From Gammaproteobacteria bacterium (lineage in GTDB: Bacteria > Pseudomonadota > Gammaproteobacteria > UBA4575), in the NCBI GenBank assembly GCA_045106935.1, contig JBGCFN010000005.1:17732-81731 (forward strand): DNA of 64,000 nucleotides, read 5' to 3'. Positions 39,362-48,846 of this stretch are shown piece by piece. The position numbers and the translations under genes were made by a program. Position 1 is the stretch's first letter, and the number at the start of each line of letters is the position of its first letter. The notes below the pieces were generated by a model. It did no database searches, was not told where the DNA came from, and worked only from the letters and a program-made list of their open reading frames with translations.

Positions 39362-40119
39362 TGGCTGTTATTTGGAAGAAAACTAAGGGCGAGACAAGCT
39401 ATAAAGTTACAAAAGCGGGCAGTGCTGTTCGTTTGTATCGAAATAATGTTTTACATAGTCAGTGGAATGAAAATAATCCTATTTCGGGTAAGTTGTGGGA
39501 TCTTTTCCTGTTATCAAGTTTAAATAGTGAGAAATCTATTGATAAGGTATTAGTATTAGGAGCAGGTGGTGGCGCGGTGATTAATTTGATTCATTGTTTG
39601 TTCCCGAAATGTCATGTAGATGCCATTGATTTGGATAAAACTCATTTATATGTAGCAAGAAAATATTTTAAAGTTTCAAAAAAATACTGCCGATTAATAC
39701 ATGATGATGTAAAGAATTGGTTGCCAAATAATGAAAATAAGCAATATGATTTAATAATAGATGATGTTTTCTTTGAATCTAATAATATTCCATATAGATC
39801 AGTGAAAGCACAAGCGATATGGATTGAAAAGTTATTGAAAAAATTAACCAAGCAGGGTGTGCTAGTAATTAACTTTGCTGACAATAAAGAGTGGAAAAAA
39901 AGTAGAAAAAAATTAGCAAATAGACGTTTAGTAAATCAATATAAATTTGCGATTTCGTCACATAGTACTTGTGATAATAAAGTTGTTCATATTGCTAAAA
40001 AGCAACTCTCCAAAAAAAATATTAAACAAAGGTTTGATTCTGCTATATGTCAACGATATATGAAGATTCTCAATAATGGCAAAATCTCTTATAAGAAGCT
40101 TTCAAAGTTGTCACCGTAA
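39361..40119 (+). CDS. spermidine-synthase-like SAM-dependent methyltransferase-fold protein
   Basis: VLVLGAGGGAVI glycine-rich SAM/dcSAM site and ...LIIDDVF... Start overlaps the previous stop. Confidence 0.45.
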   Translation: MAVIWKKTKGETSYKVTKAGSAVRLYRNNVLHSQWNENNPISGKLWDLFLLSSLNSEKSIDKVLVLGAGGGAVINLIHCLFPKCHVDAIDLDKTHLYVARKYFKVSKKYCRLIHDDVKNWLPNNENKQYDLIIDDVFFESNNIPYRSVKAQAIWIEKLLKKLTKQGVLVINFADNKEWKKSRKKLANRRLVNQYKFAISSHSTCDNKVVHIAKKQLSKKNIKQRFDSAICQRYMKILNNGKISYKKLSKLSP

Positions 40120-40364
40120 TGCATGGTTATGTCCCACCCGACCCGATGGAAGGGGTTTCAAAAATTCAGTATGCCGTGATTTATGCACCACGTGCCAAAA
40201 GACATCGATTTTCGGCGAATTGTGTAGAGCTATACAATGATGAGCTTGAGGCAATCGCGAATGCCTGTGTTGAAGATAATAGGTATCCTGCAAAAGTGTT
40301 AGGTCCTTCTAAATCATCTGAAGGGCAATTTATTTTTTATCTCATAGAATGGCTAAGTGCATGA
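40119..40364 (+). CDS. small hypothetical protein, translationally coupled to the preceding gene
   Basis: 81 aa; its start lies at the stop of the upstream ORF. Confidence 0.3.
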   Translation: MHGYVPPDPMEGVSKIQYAVIYAPRAKRHRFSANCVELYNDELEAIANACVEDNRYPAKVLGPSKSSEGQFIFYLIEWLSA

Positions 40365-40487
40365 TTTTTATTGCTTTATGTCGTTTCATCAAGTATTTGC
40401 TTCCATATAGCATAAATTGATTTAGATTCTTAACTAACTGAGTAATTATGTGTTTATTAATATCACTCTATGTAATAAGTATAAATC

Positions 40488-43337
40488 ATGCTCAACTTGT
40501 TCGGCAGAAGCAAAAACAGCGACTCGGATGAGGAAGTATCGGATGCTGCCTTGTTGGAATCCAATGCTAAATATTCAATACAGTTAGATAATAAAGGAAA
40601 TATCCTTTTTATTAGTTTTGGCTTGAAAGAATATTTTTTAATATACGACATTTATGATGTTGCTCAAGTATTACCAAACAATATAGATCAGTTGTGTCAG
40701 TCCTTATTTAAATCTAAAGAATCTCAGGTTGTTAAATGTGAGCATAACGATAAAGTATGGGCATGGGGATTTTCTACACAAGATAAGACTAATGTACTTG
40801 TAGAATTATTAAATCAAAGTGATTTTGAGAGTGTTAACCGATCTTCAGCAAGTGAAGATGTTGCAAACCTGAATGAAGAAATATTTGGCAGTATTCCTGC
40901 GAGTATCTGTATAACGCCATACGACTCATTTGAAGTTATTTATAATAATAATAAGTTTTTAGAAATGTTTTCTATTTCTGAAGATGAAGTTCAAGAGTTG
41001 TCACAGTTAATTAAAAATAAAGCTGTACTTCAGGATATAAAATCTTCGATTAATGGTACCGATCAAGTTGATAATGTTCTTTTTGTCTATACAAAATCAG
41101 GTGAAAGCTTTTGGCAAAATAGAAATTTATATATTTCTATAAACATTAAAAGAACAAAGCAGATATATGGTGATGCATTAGTATGGAAATTTGAAGATTT
41201 CACTGAACTAAAATCATTGCAACATCAACATCAACAATTCAAAAAGAAATTTGACACAGCAATTCAAGCAGCGACCGAGGGAATTTGGGAGTGGTCAAAA
41301 TTAAAAGATAATGGTGATTGGTGGTCAAAGCCAATGTTTAGCTTGTTGGAATTGGATAAAGAGAATTCTAAACCGTCTTTCGAACTAATAAAAAGGTTAA
41401 TGCATCCTAAAGAGAAGAAATTATTCGAACGTCATGTTGAAAATGAGATTCGTAGTAAACAATTCTTTTCAATGGAATGTCGTTTATCTGTTAAGGAAAA
41501 AGGATTTCGTTGGTTTAGGCTAAGAGTGGTAGGTTCTTTTGATTCTAGTGGTGATCTGAATAAAATGATTGGCTCTCTAGTTAATATACATTCAGAAAAA
41601 ACAAATAGAATCCAATTGCAGCAAGAGAAAGATAAAGCAATGGCAACACTAAACTCTATTGTTGATGCTGTGATAACAACTGATGCTGAAGGGGTTGTTG
41701 AATATGAGAATTCTGCTGCAGAACGGTTAACTGGTGTTTCCAGAAAAGATACGCGCGGCAAACGAATCGAAAACGTTATTTCTTTCTATAAAGAACATTC
41801 TATGGAAGATATTGACAACCCTGTGCTTGTTTGTTTGGATTCGGGTGAGAGGATGGGGCAAAAGATCTATGCGGATATGCTTGATAAAGACGGTACTCGA
41901 TATACAGTGCAAGTAATGGCTACGCCTCTAGTACGAAAAGATGGAGAAGTATTTGGTGCGGTACTAGTACTTAACGATGTCACCAATATTCGAGTGTTAT
42001 CTCGTCGATTAAAATATCAGGCCTCACATGATATTTTAACTAAGCTAATAAACCGCAGTGAGTTTGAACGGAGAGTTTCTACTGCAATCACACTGGCTGA
42101 AAATAATGAAGGTAATTCTGCTGTTATCTATATTGATTTAGATCGATTTAAGTTAATAAATGATATTTGTGGGCATGCTGCAGGTGATGAACTGCTCAAA
42201 CAGGTGGCTAAGTTATTGCGCAGTATTGTGGGTAATAAAAACTCTGTTGCGCGTATGGGGGGTGATGAATTTTCTGTATTACTTGAGGGGATTGAGTTTT
42301 CATATGCAGAAAAAATGGCAGAGAAAATTCTAGCAGATTTGGCTGCCTATCGATTCTCTTGGGATGAAAAAACATTTTCAATTGAATGCAGTATAGGACT
42401 AGCAGAAATACAACCAACATGTGATGGATTAACCTATATTTTAAATGCGGTGGATAGTGCATGCTATTTAGCAAAAGAATCTGGCCGTAATTGCATTCGC
42501 AAATATAGTGATGGAGATGACACGATTATTGAGAGGAAAGGGCAAGAACGCTGGATTCAACATTTTGATAAAGCAATCGATTCAGATGGCTTGGTGCTTT
42601 ATGCTCAACCAATTATTTCTTTAGACAAAAGTAAGCCTAAGAAAACATCTATTGAAGTACTAGTACGTATGCTGGACGATGATGGCAGTATAATCCCTCC
42701 GAATGCATTTTTACCTGCTGTCGAGCGATATGATCGTGCATATAAGTTAGATAAATGGATCATTGAAAAAGTGTTTGAATATATAAGTTCTCATAAGAAA
42801 CAAGTGAGAGAACTTACTAAAATTTCAATCAATCTATCTGGGCAATCTGTCGCTGAAGATGACTTGTTACCTTTTATACAAGAGAAATCTAGAGAATATA
42901 GGATTGACTCTAGTAAAATTTGTTTTGAAATTACTGAAACCGCGGCGATTGCTAATTTGACTACTGCGATTGATTTGATAGAGCAACTTAAAGATGATGG
43001 GTTTCTATTTGCATTAGATGATTTTGGTTCAGGGCTTTCCTCGTTTGCTTATCTTAAAACACTACCAGTGGACTTTTTAAAAATTGACGGAATTTTTGTT
43101 AAAGATATGCAAACAGACAAGGTCAATTACGCAATGGTGAAGGCTATCCATGACATGAGTGCTGTCTTAGATAAACAAACCATCGCTGAATATGTTGAAA
43201 ATGAAGCGGTTGTAGAGTTATTAACAGAAATTGGTGTAGATTATGGACAAGGTTTTCATTTAGGTAAGCCAGAGCCAATAAGTAATTTTTTGTCTAATAA
43301 AGGTTTCTTTCATAAGAAGGCTAATTCGGCCGCATAG
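40488..43337 (+). CDS. PAS/PAC-GGDEF-EAL c-di-GMP turnover protein
   Basis: GGDEF site ARMGGDEFSVLL, EAL motifs IEVLVRM, FEITE and KIDGIFV, and upstream PAS repeats. 949 aa. Confidence 0.85.
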   Translation: MLNLFGRSKNSDSDEEVSDAALLESNAKYSIQLDNKGNILFISFGLKEYFLIYDIYDVAQVLPNNIDQLCQSLFKSKESQVVKCEHNDKVWAWGFSTQDKTNVLVELLNQSDFESVNRSSASEDVANLNEEIFGSIPASICITPYDSFEVIYNNNKFLEMFSISEDEVQELSQLIKNKAVLQDIKSSINGTDQVDNVLFVYTKSGESFWQNRNLYISINIKRTKQIYGDALVWKFEDFTELKSLQHQHQQFKKKFDTAIQAATEGIWEWSKLKDNGDWWSKPMFSLLELDKENSKPSFELIKRLMHPKEKKLFERHVENEIRSKQFFSMECRLSVKEKGFRWFRLRVVGSFDSSGDLNKMIGSLVNIHSEKTNRIQLQQEKDKAMATLNSIVDAVITTDAEGVVEYENSAAERLTGVSRKDTRGKRIENVISFYKEHSMEDIDNPVLVCLDSGERMGQKIYADMLDKDGTRYTVQVMATPLVRKDGEVFGAVLVLNDVTNIRVLSRRLKYQASHDILTKLINRSEFERRVSTAITLAENNEGNSAVIYIDLDRFKLINDICGHAAGDELLKQVAKLLRSIVGNKNSVARMGGDEFSVLLEGIEFSYAEKMAEKILADLAAYRFSWDEKTFSIECSIGLAEIQPTCDGLTYILNAVDSACYLAKESGRNCIRKYSDGDDTIIERKGQERWIQHFDKAIDSDGLVLYAQPIISLDKSKPKKTSIEVLVRMLDDDGSIIPPNAFLPAVERYDRAYKLDKWIIEKVFEYISSHKKQVRELTKISINLSGQSVAEDDLLPFIQEKSREYRIDSSKICFEITETAAIANLTTAIDLIEQLKDDGFLFALDDFGSGLSSFAYLKTLPVDFLKIDGIFVKDMQTDKVNYAMVKAIHDMSAVLDKQTIAEYVENEAVVELLTEIGVDYGQGFHLGKPEPISNFLSNKGFFHKKANSAA

Positions 43338-43638
43338 AACTAATTGTTCTTAATTTCACTCTTACAAGTGGCATCTTAATTTCGTCTTCATATCATGTTT
43401 TATATGTGTCTTGATTTCTATACTTATGTTTTTAAGTATTGATAATTTTCGTGCTAAAATTAACCATGCAAATGAGAATCATTATTAACTGGTCTAATAA
43501 GTAGTAAATTAAGTGTATGAATAATATGATTATTTACTATTGTGATTGATGAGTATATTTGGTGATAGGGTGAAATTTATTGCATTATTGAAACATCAAA
43601 TGCGTACAATAGTAAGATTAGCAATTCTGGAAGAATAA

Positions 43639-44187
43639 ATGAAAATAGCCCTAATATCCCTTCTATTTTATCTGGTTATTAATACTAATTTTGTCTTAGC
43701 AGAGACAAATTACTACTTACAACCAGGTGATGTACTGTCTGTTTCTGTCTGGAAGGAAGAAGATTTACAGCAATCTGTTCTTGTACGTCCCGATGGAGGC
43801 ATTTCATTTCCGCTTGTTGGAGATATTCGTGCGAGTGGTAAAACGGTGGAAGATGTCCGCCAAATAATAACGAGAAAACTAGCAAAGTTAATCCCAGACG
43901 TTCAAGTGAGTGTGGCGTTACAAGAACTAAATGGTAATTTAATTTATGTCGTTGGAAAGGTGAATCGGCCTGGAGTGTTCCCATTTAGTAAAAATGTAGA
44001 TGTATTACAAGCGTTGGGAATGGCAGGAGGGGCGACAGCTTTTGCTGGTTTAAATGAAATAAAAATATTACGTAGATCTTCTGGCCAATTGAAGTCAATA
44101 CCATTTCGTTATGTCGATATAGAGAAAGGCAGAAATCTACAGCAAAATATAATTTTGCATAGTGGTGATACCGTTCTTGTTCCATAA
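43639..44187 (+). CDS. Wza-like polysaccharide export protein (Poly_export/SLBB), PEP-CTERM-locus type
   Basis: Signal peptide, then YYLQPGDVLSVSVW and PLVGDI.ASGKTVEDV, 182 aa. First gene of the EPS locus. Confidence 0.7.
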   Translation: MKIALISLLFYLVINTNFVLAETNYYLQPGDVLSVSVWKEEDLQQSVLVRPDGGISFPLVGDIRASGKTVEDVRQIITRKLAKLIPDVQVSVALQELNGNLIYVVGKVNRPGVFPFSKNVDVLQALGMAGGATAFAGLNEIKILRRSSGQLKSIPFRYVDIEKGRNLQQNIILHSGDTVLVP

Positions 44188-44193
44188 AAACTA

Positions 44194-45390
44194 ATGATCG
44201 TTAGAGATTCTATGAAAGTAATAACATTATCAATTTTAGCGCTAATATCATTTGCAACAGTATCCAATGTGGTGCTTGCGGATGGATGGTTTTATCAAAC
44301 AACTTTTAGTTCTCAACTTGAAGCAGATGATAATAAACGTCTACGAACAGATGACGAGAAAGGAGTGATTGGTGCAAATGCACGAATCGATATTAAACTT
44401 TCTAATGTGACTGAAATTAGTGAAGTATATGTTCGAGGTGCTCTTCGTTCAGTGCGCTATGATGGAAGTGAAGATCGAGGAATAGATACGGATGATCAAT
44501 TATTATATGCAGGAGGTCGCTGGAACGGTGAACGTTCACAGTTCTCAATTGATGGGGAATTTCTTAGGCAGTCATCACAGCTAACAGAGTTAACAGATAC
44601 TGGATTCTTTGATGATGTGGATCGTCGAGTAACTAAGTCAATTGAGCCGCAGTATTCATATATATTATTTGAAGACACACAAGCATTTGTTGGGCTTAAT
44701 TACGAAGAAGTTGATTTTCCAAATAGTATTCCCGTTAATTTGACGGAATATACTGTTGAAGGCGGAAATCTTGGTGTGATTCATACAATTAATGAATTAA
44801 ATTCTGTCACCGCAAGTGTATTTCATTCTCAATATGAAGCAGATACATTCTCTAATGAAGTTGATACAACTGGTGTCAATGTCCGATATGCTAAAACCAT
44901 TAATGAATTATGGGATGCTTATGCGCAAGTGGGATACCGCAAATCAAATTTTAAAAATGTGGTTTCGGGAATTGTTGTGCGTGATGATGATACTGGTGAA
45001 TCTTATGATGTCGGCGCAACACGGCAATCAGAATTATCTACACTAAATGTATCTGCCAGTAATGAATTACAACCTAGTGCATCTGGTGATGTGAATGAAC
45101 GGTTAACGTTAAATTTTGCTTACAATCGATCGTTTAGTGACTATTGGGCAGGATTAATAGATTTTATTTGGCTAAATAATGAATCGGTTAATAATGAGGG
45201 TAATGATAATGACCGTGAATATTGGCAATTTACATTAGGTGCAGATTATCGAATAACACCTGCATGGACAGCCACAGCGCGTCTTCGTCATAGAGAGCAA
45301 AATAGAGATGATATTTCGGGTTCTCGAGCAGAATCTGATGCAGTGATATTAGGTATTCGTTACGCTGGTAATAATAAAAGAATAAAATAG
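44194..45390 (+). CDS. putative outer-membrane beta-barrel protein of the EPS locus
   Basis: Signal peptide, alternating amphipathic strands and a C-terminal aromatic residue pattern. No specific family assignable. Confidence 0.35.
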   Translation: MIVRDSMKVITLSILALISFATVSNVVLADGWFYQTTFSSQLEADDNKRLRTDDEKGVIGANARIDIKLSNVTEISEVYVRGALRSVRYDGSEDRGIDTDDQLLYAGGRWNGERSQFSIDGEFLRQSSQLTELTDTGFFDDVDRRVTKSIEPQYSYILFEDTQAFVGLNYEEVDFPNSIPVNLTEYTVEGGNLGVIHTINELNSVTASVFHSQYEADTFSNEVDTTGVNVRYAKTINELWDAYAQVGYRKSNFKNVVSGIVVRDDDTGESYDVGATRQSELSTLNVSASNELQPSASGDVNERLTLNFAYNRSFSDYWAGLIDFIWLNNESVNNEGNDNDREYWQFTLGADYRITPAWTATARLRHREQNRDDISGSRAESDAVILGIRYAGNNKRIK

Positions 45391-45392
45391 TA

Positions 45393-47165
45393 ATGGATAA
45401 TGCAACTAGTGAGTTTGAAGATGCACTCGAGCCAGAGAAAAGTCTTGGTGACTGGATTCGAGCTGTTAAAAGAAGAAAAGTAGCTGTTGCTGTCACTGCA
45501 AGCATATTACTCATCGCGTCTGCTTTATTGGCTTTCTTGTTACCGGCTAAATATCAGTCGGCGGGGACAATTTTAATTGAGCAGCAGGAAATCCCGCAAG
45601 ATTTTGTTCGGTCGACTATTACGACCTTTGCTGATCAGCGACTTCAAGTGATCAAGCAACGTGTTATGACTTCCACTAATTTGTTTCAAATTATAAACAA
45701 ATTCAATCTCTATCAGGATATGTTGCAAGAAGAGCCGAGAGAGGTTGTTCTTGAAGAGATCAGAGATGCTATTTCGCTTGATTTTATCAGTGCTGATGTG
45801 ATCGACCCACGCAGTGGAAGACCCGTTCAAGCAACTATTGCTTTTAAAGTCTCTTACGAGCATGAATCGCCAGCGTTAGCACATAAAGTTGCCAATGAGA
45901 TTACAGGTTTATTCCTCAATGAGAACATTAAAGAACGCACGCAAAAAGCTCAAGATGCAACAAAATTTTTAGAAGATGAAGCTGATAAATTAGAAGGTGA
46001 GATAAATAAACTTGAGGAAAATTTAGCAGAGTTTAAAACGGGTAACGTAGAGAAGTTACCAGAACTTGTATCCATGAATTTAAACTTAATGGATAGAACA
46101 GATCAAGAGATTAAGCAAATTGATCAGCAGTTACGAACACTTAGGGAAAGACAAATATATTTGCAATCTGAGCTTGCTCAGATGAATCCAAATCAAGCTT
46201 TATTTAGTGAGCAGGGTGAACGTTTGCTCGGTTCAGGTGACCGTTTGAAAATCCTTAAAATAGAGCTTGCACAATTATTGGGGGTATATTCTCCGAATCA
46301 TCCAGATGTATTAAGAACAAAGCGTGAAATATCAGCTTTAGAAAAAGATAGCGGACAAAATAGTAGTGGCTTTAAAGAAATTAATGCTGAATTACAATTG
46401 TTGAGACAACGACTTCAGGAAGCAGAGTTGAAATATTCTAAAAATCATCCTGATGTTAAGTCGCTTAAACGTTCTATTGCAGGTTTAGAAAAGTCACTTA
46501 ACGATTCTGATTTTAATGCAGAATTTCAAGTCAATAGTAGCAATGTATCTAATCCAGCATATTCACAGTTATTAGCTCAATTGGATGCGTCTAAATCTGA
46601 AATTAATAGTCTCAAGATTACGCGTTCATCACTACAAACAAAAATAAAAATGTTGGAGAGAAGGTTAATTGAATCTCCAGAGGTTGAACGCAAGTATAGA
46701 GCATTAGTACGAGACTATGATAATGCTCGAGCAAAATATGCTGATGTCAAAGCTAAGCTTTCTGAAGCAAAAATAGGAGAGTCATTAGAACTAGGGAAGC
46801 AAAGTGAACGATTTACTATAATCGAGCCACCATTGCTGCCTGAACAGCCAGTCAGTCCCAATCGACCTGCTATTTTATTATTAGGAGTTTTATTGAGCGG
46901 CATTACAGCACTAGGCGTTGTACTGCTAAAAGAAAGTTTGGATGATGCAATTTATGACCGTACAACTGTTCTCCAAATGACTGGTTTTATGCCAATTGCT
47001 GTTTTGCCTACTATGTATACTATTGAGGAAGTATCAAAGACTAATAATACAAAGTTATTTTTATTAGGTATGGGTTTAATTGGCACGGCTTGTTTACTTA
47101 CGTTAATTCATATTTTTTATCTTCCACTTGATGTGCTTTTTTATAAAATTCTGAGAAAAATATAA
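45393..47165 (+). CDS. polysaccharide chain-length determinant (Wzz/PCP) protein, PEP-CTERM-locus subfamily
   Basis: N-terminal TM, a long coiled-coil periplasmic region and a C-terminal TM. 590 aa. Confidence 0.65.
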   Translation: MDNATSEFEDALEPEKSLGDWIRAVKRRKVAVAVTASILLIASALLAFLLPAKYQSAGTILIEQQEIPQDFVRSTITTFADQRLQVIKQRVMTSTNLFQIINKFNLYQDMLQEEPREVVLEEIRDAISLDFISADVIDPRSGRPVQATIAFKVSYEHESPALAHKVANEITGLFLNENIKERTQKAQDATKFLEDEADKLEGEINKLEENLAEFKTGNVEKLPELVSMNLNLMDRTDQEIKQIDQQLRTLRERQIYLQSELAQMNPNQALFSEQGERLLGSGDRLKILKIELAQLLGVYSPNHPDVLRTKREISALEKDSGQNSSGFKEINAELQLLRQRLQEAELKYSKNHPDVKSLKRSIAGLEKSLNDSDFNAEFQVNSSNVSNPAYSQLLAQLDASKSEINSLKITRSSLQTKIKMLERRLIESPEVERKYRALVRDYDNARAKYADVKAKLSEAKIGESLELGKQSERFTIIEPPLLPEQPVSPNRPAILLLGVLLSGITALGVVLLKESLDDAIYDRTTVLQMTGFMPIAVLPTMYTIEEVSKTNNTKLFLLGMGLIGTACLLTLIHIFYLPLDVLFYKILRKI

Positions 47166-47167
47166 TT

Positions 47168-47971
47168 GTGGACAAAATTACAAAAGCGCTAGATCTCACC
47201 AGAGCAAAGAGAGACAAGCAGAATTCTGTTTCGCCAATCACCGAAAGAAGTGATGCTGTGCAATTTCCTAGGGCGAATTCTTACGCGATAAAAGAATTTA
47301 GTCCGAATGCTCTAACTTTAGAAAAAAACAGAATTCTCAATAGTGCTAGTCGTGAAGAGATGATTCAACCATATAAAGTGTTGAGAACGCGATTAATGCA
47401 TATCATGCAAGAGAAAGATTGGCGCTCTATTGCTGTGATAAGCCCAGCTAAAGATGAAGGTAAGTCTACTGTAGCGATCAATTTGGCTATTAGTATAGGT
47501 AATAGCCGAAAAGAAAATGCAGTATTGTTAGATTTGGATTTATTAACACCATCTATACATTCTTATTATGGTTATCAGCCTGACGTGGGATTAGATGAGT
47601 ATTTTAAACAAGATAAGCCGCTAAAAGAAATTTTAGTGTCACCAGGTATAAAAGGTTTGGCAATAGCACCATCAATTAAGCCATTGCATGATTCATCTGA
47701 GTATTTGTCAACGACTAAAGGTGCAGATTTAATACGTGAAGCAAATTCAGTATATGATGATTCAATTGTCATTGTTGATTTGCCGCCGATTCTTGTAAGT
47801 GATGATGCTATATCATTTCTACCGCATGTTGATGCTGTGTTATTGGTGATTAGAGAAGGTCAAACTAATAAGCTAGAACTGCAACGGGCCCAAGAGATGC
47901 TTGCTGGCGTAAATATTGCTGGTGTTGTCATTAATGATTCCTTGGAGCCTGCAACATTAGGCTATTACTGA
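47168..47971 (+). CDS. ParA/MinD-like tyrosine-kinase-type ATPase (EpsG-like)
   Basis: Deviant P-loop SPAKDEGKST and a Walker B IVIVDLPP. Confidence 0.6.
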   Translation: MDKITKALDLTRAKRDKQNSVSPITERSDAVQFPRANSYAIKEFSPNALTLEKNRILNSASREEMIQPYKVLRTRLMHIMQEKDWRSIAVISPAKDEGKSTVAINLAISIGNSRKENAVLLDLDLLTPSIHSYYGYQPDVGLDEYFKQDKPLKEILVSPGIKGLAIAPSIKPLHDSSEYLSTTKGADLIREANSVYDDSIVIVDLPPILVSDDAISFLPHVDAVLLVIREGQTNKLELQRAQEMLAGVNIAGVVINDSLEPATLGYY

Positions 47972-48008
47972 TTCAAATTTTAGAGTAGCTGCTTAAATAT
48001 AACTGCCT

Positions 48009-48830
48009 ATGTATAACAGTCATTTTGGATTGAGCGAAAAACCATTCGCATTATCACCAGATCCTGATTTTCTATACTTCACAAGTAGCCATCGTCTAGC
48101 AATGACGATGTTGGAGTATGGTATTCAAAATGAATCTGGATTTACATTAATTAGTGGTGATGTAGGGTGTGGTAAAACCACATTAATTAGATATCTATTG
48201 CGTAGCATTGATAAAGATCATGTGGTTGGCTTAATTAGTAATACACATGAATCATTTGGGGATCTTATTGATTTAGTATTGTTAGCATATGGATTAGATT
48301 ATAAAGATAAAACTAATATTGAAAAATATCATACATTTGAAGATTTCTTATTAGAGCAATATCGCTCAGGTAAGAGTACATTATTAATTGTTGATGAGGC
48401 TCAGAATCTTAGCCCTAAAATGTTAGAAGAACTTAGAGTAATTTCTAATATTAATTCTGGCAAGGATCATGTTTTTCAAATTATCCTATCGGGTCAGCCA
48501 GAAATTAGAGAAACATTAAGATTGCCAGAATTGAAGCAATTTGCTCAGAGAATATCATCTGACTTTCATCTTAAGCCATTAACTCTTGATCAGTTAACAG
48601 AATATATAAAATATCGATTGGAAGTGGCTGGAGCTAAACGCATGCTATTTACCGATAAAGCTATTCGAATGGTATTTAATTTTAGTAAAGGTGTGCCTAG
48701 AGTGGCGAATACATTTTGTGATTTAGCAATGATATATGCATTTGCTGATGGGTTAGACGTTGTGGATTGGAAGACGGTGATGAGTGTAGCTATCGATAAG
48801 AAAAACAGTGGTGCAATTGGAATATTATAA
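48009..48830 (+). CDS. ExeA-like AAA ATPase, PEP-CTERM-system associated type (no peptidoglycan-binding domain)
   Basis: FALSPDPDFLYFTSSHRLAMTMLEYGI plus Walker A SGDVGCGKTT. It is a paralogue of the gspA N-terminal half at 12078. Confidence 0.75.
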   Translation: MYNSHFGLSEKPFALSPDPDFLYFTSSHRLAMTMLEYGIQNESGFTLISGDVGCGKTTLIRYLLRSIDKDHVVGLISNTHESFGDLIDLVLLAYGLDYKDKTNIEKYHTFEDFLLEQYRSGKSTLLIVDEAQNLSPKMLEELRVISNINSGKDHVFQIILSGQPEIRETLRLPELKQFAQRISSDFHLKPLTLDQLTEYIKYRLEVAGAKRMLFTDKAIRMVFNFSKGVPRVANTFCDLAMIYAFADGLDVVDWKTVMSVAIDKKNSGAIGIL

Positions 48831-48846
48831 AGTAATGAGTAATTAA

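Noticed and set aside
39642-40293. Minus-strand ORFs 39642..39884 and 40111..40293
   Set aside because: Antisense to a translationally coupled plus-strand operon, with AT-rich chance frames.
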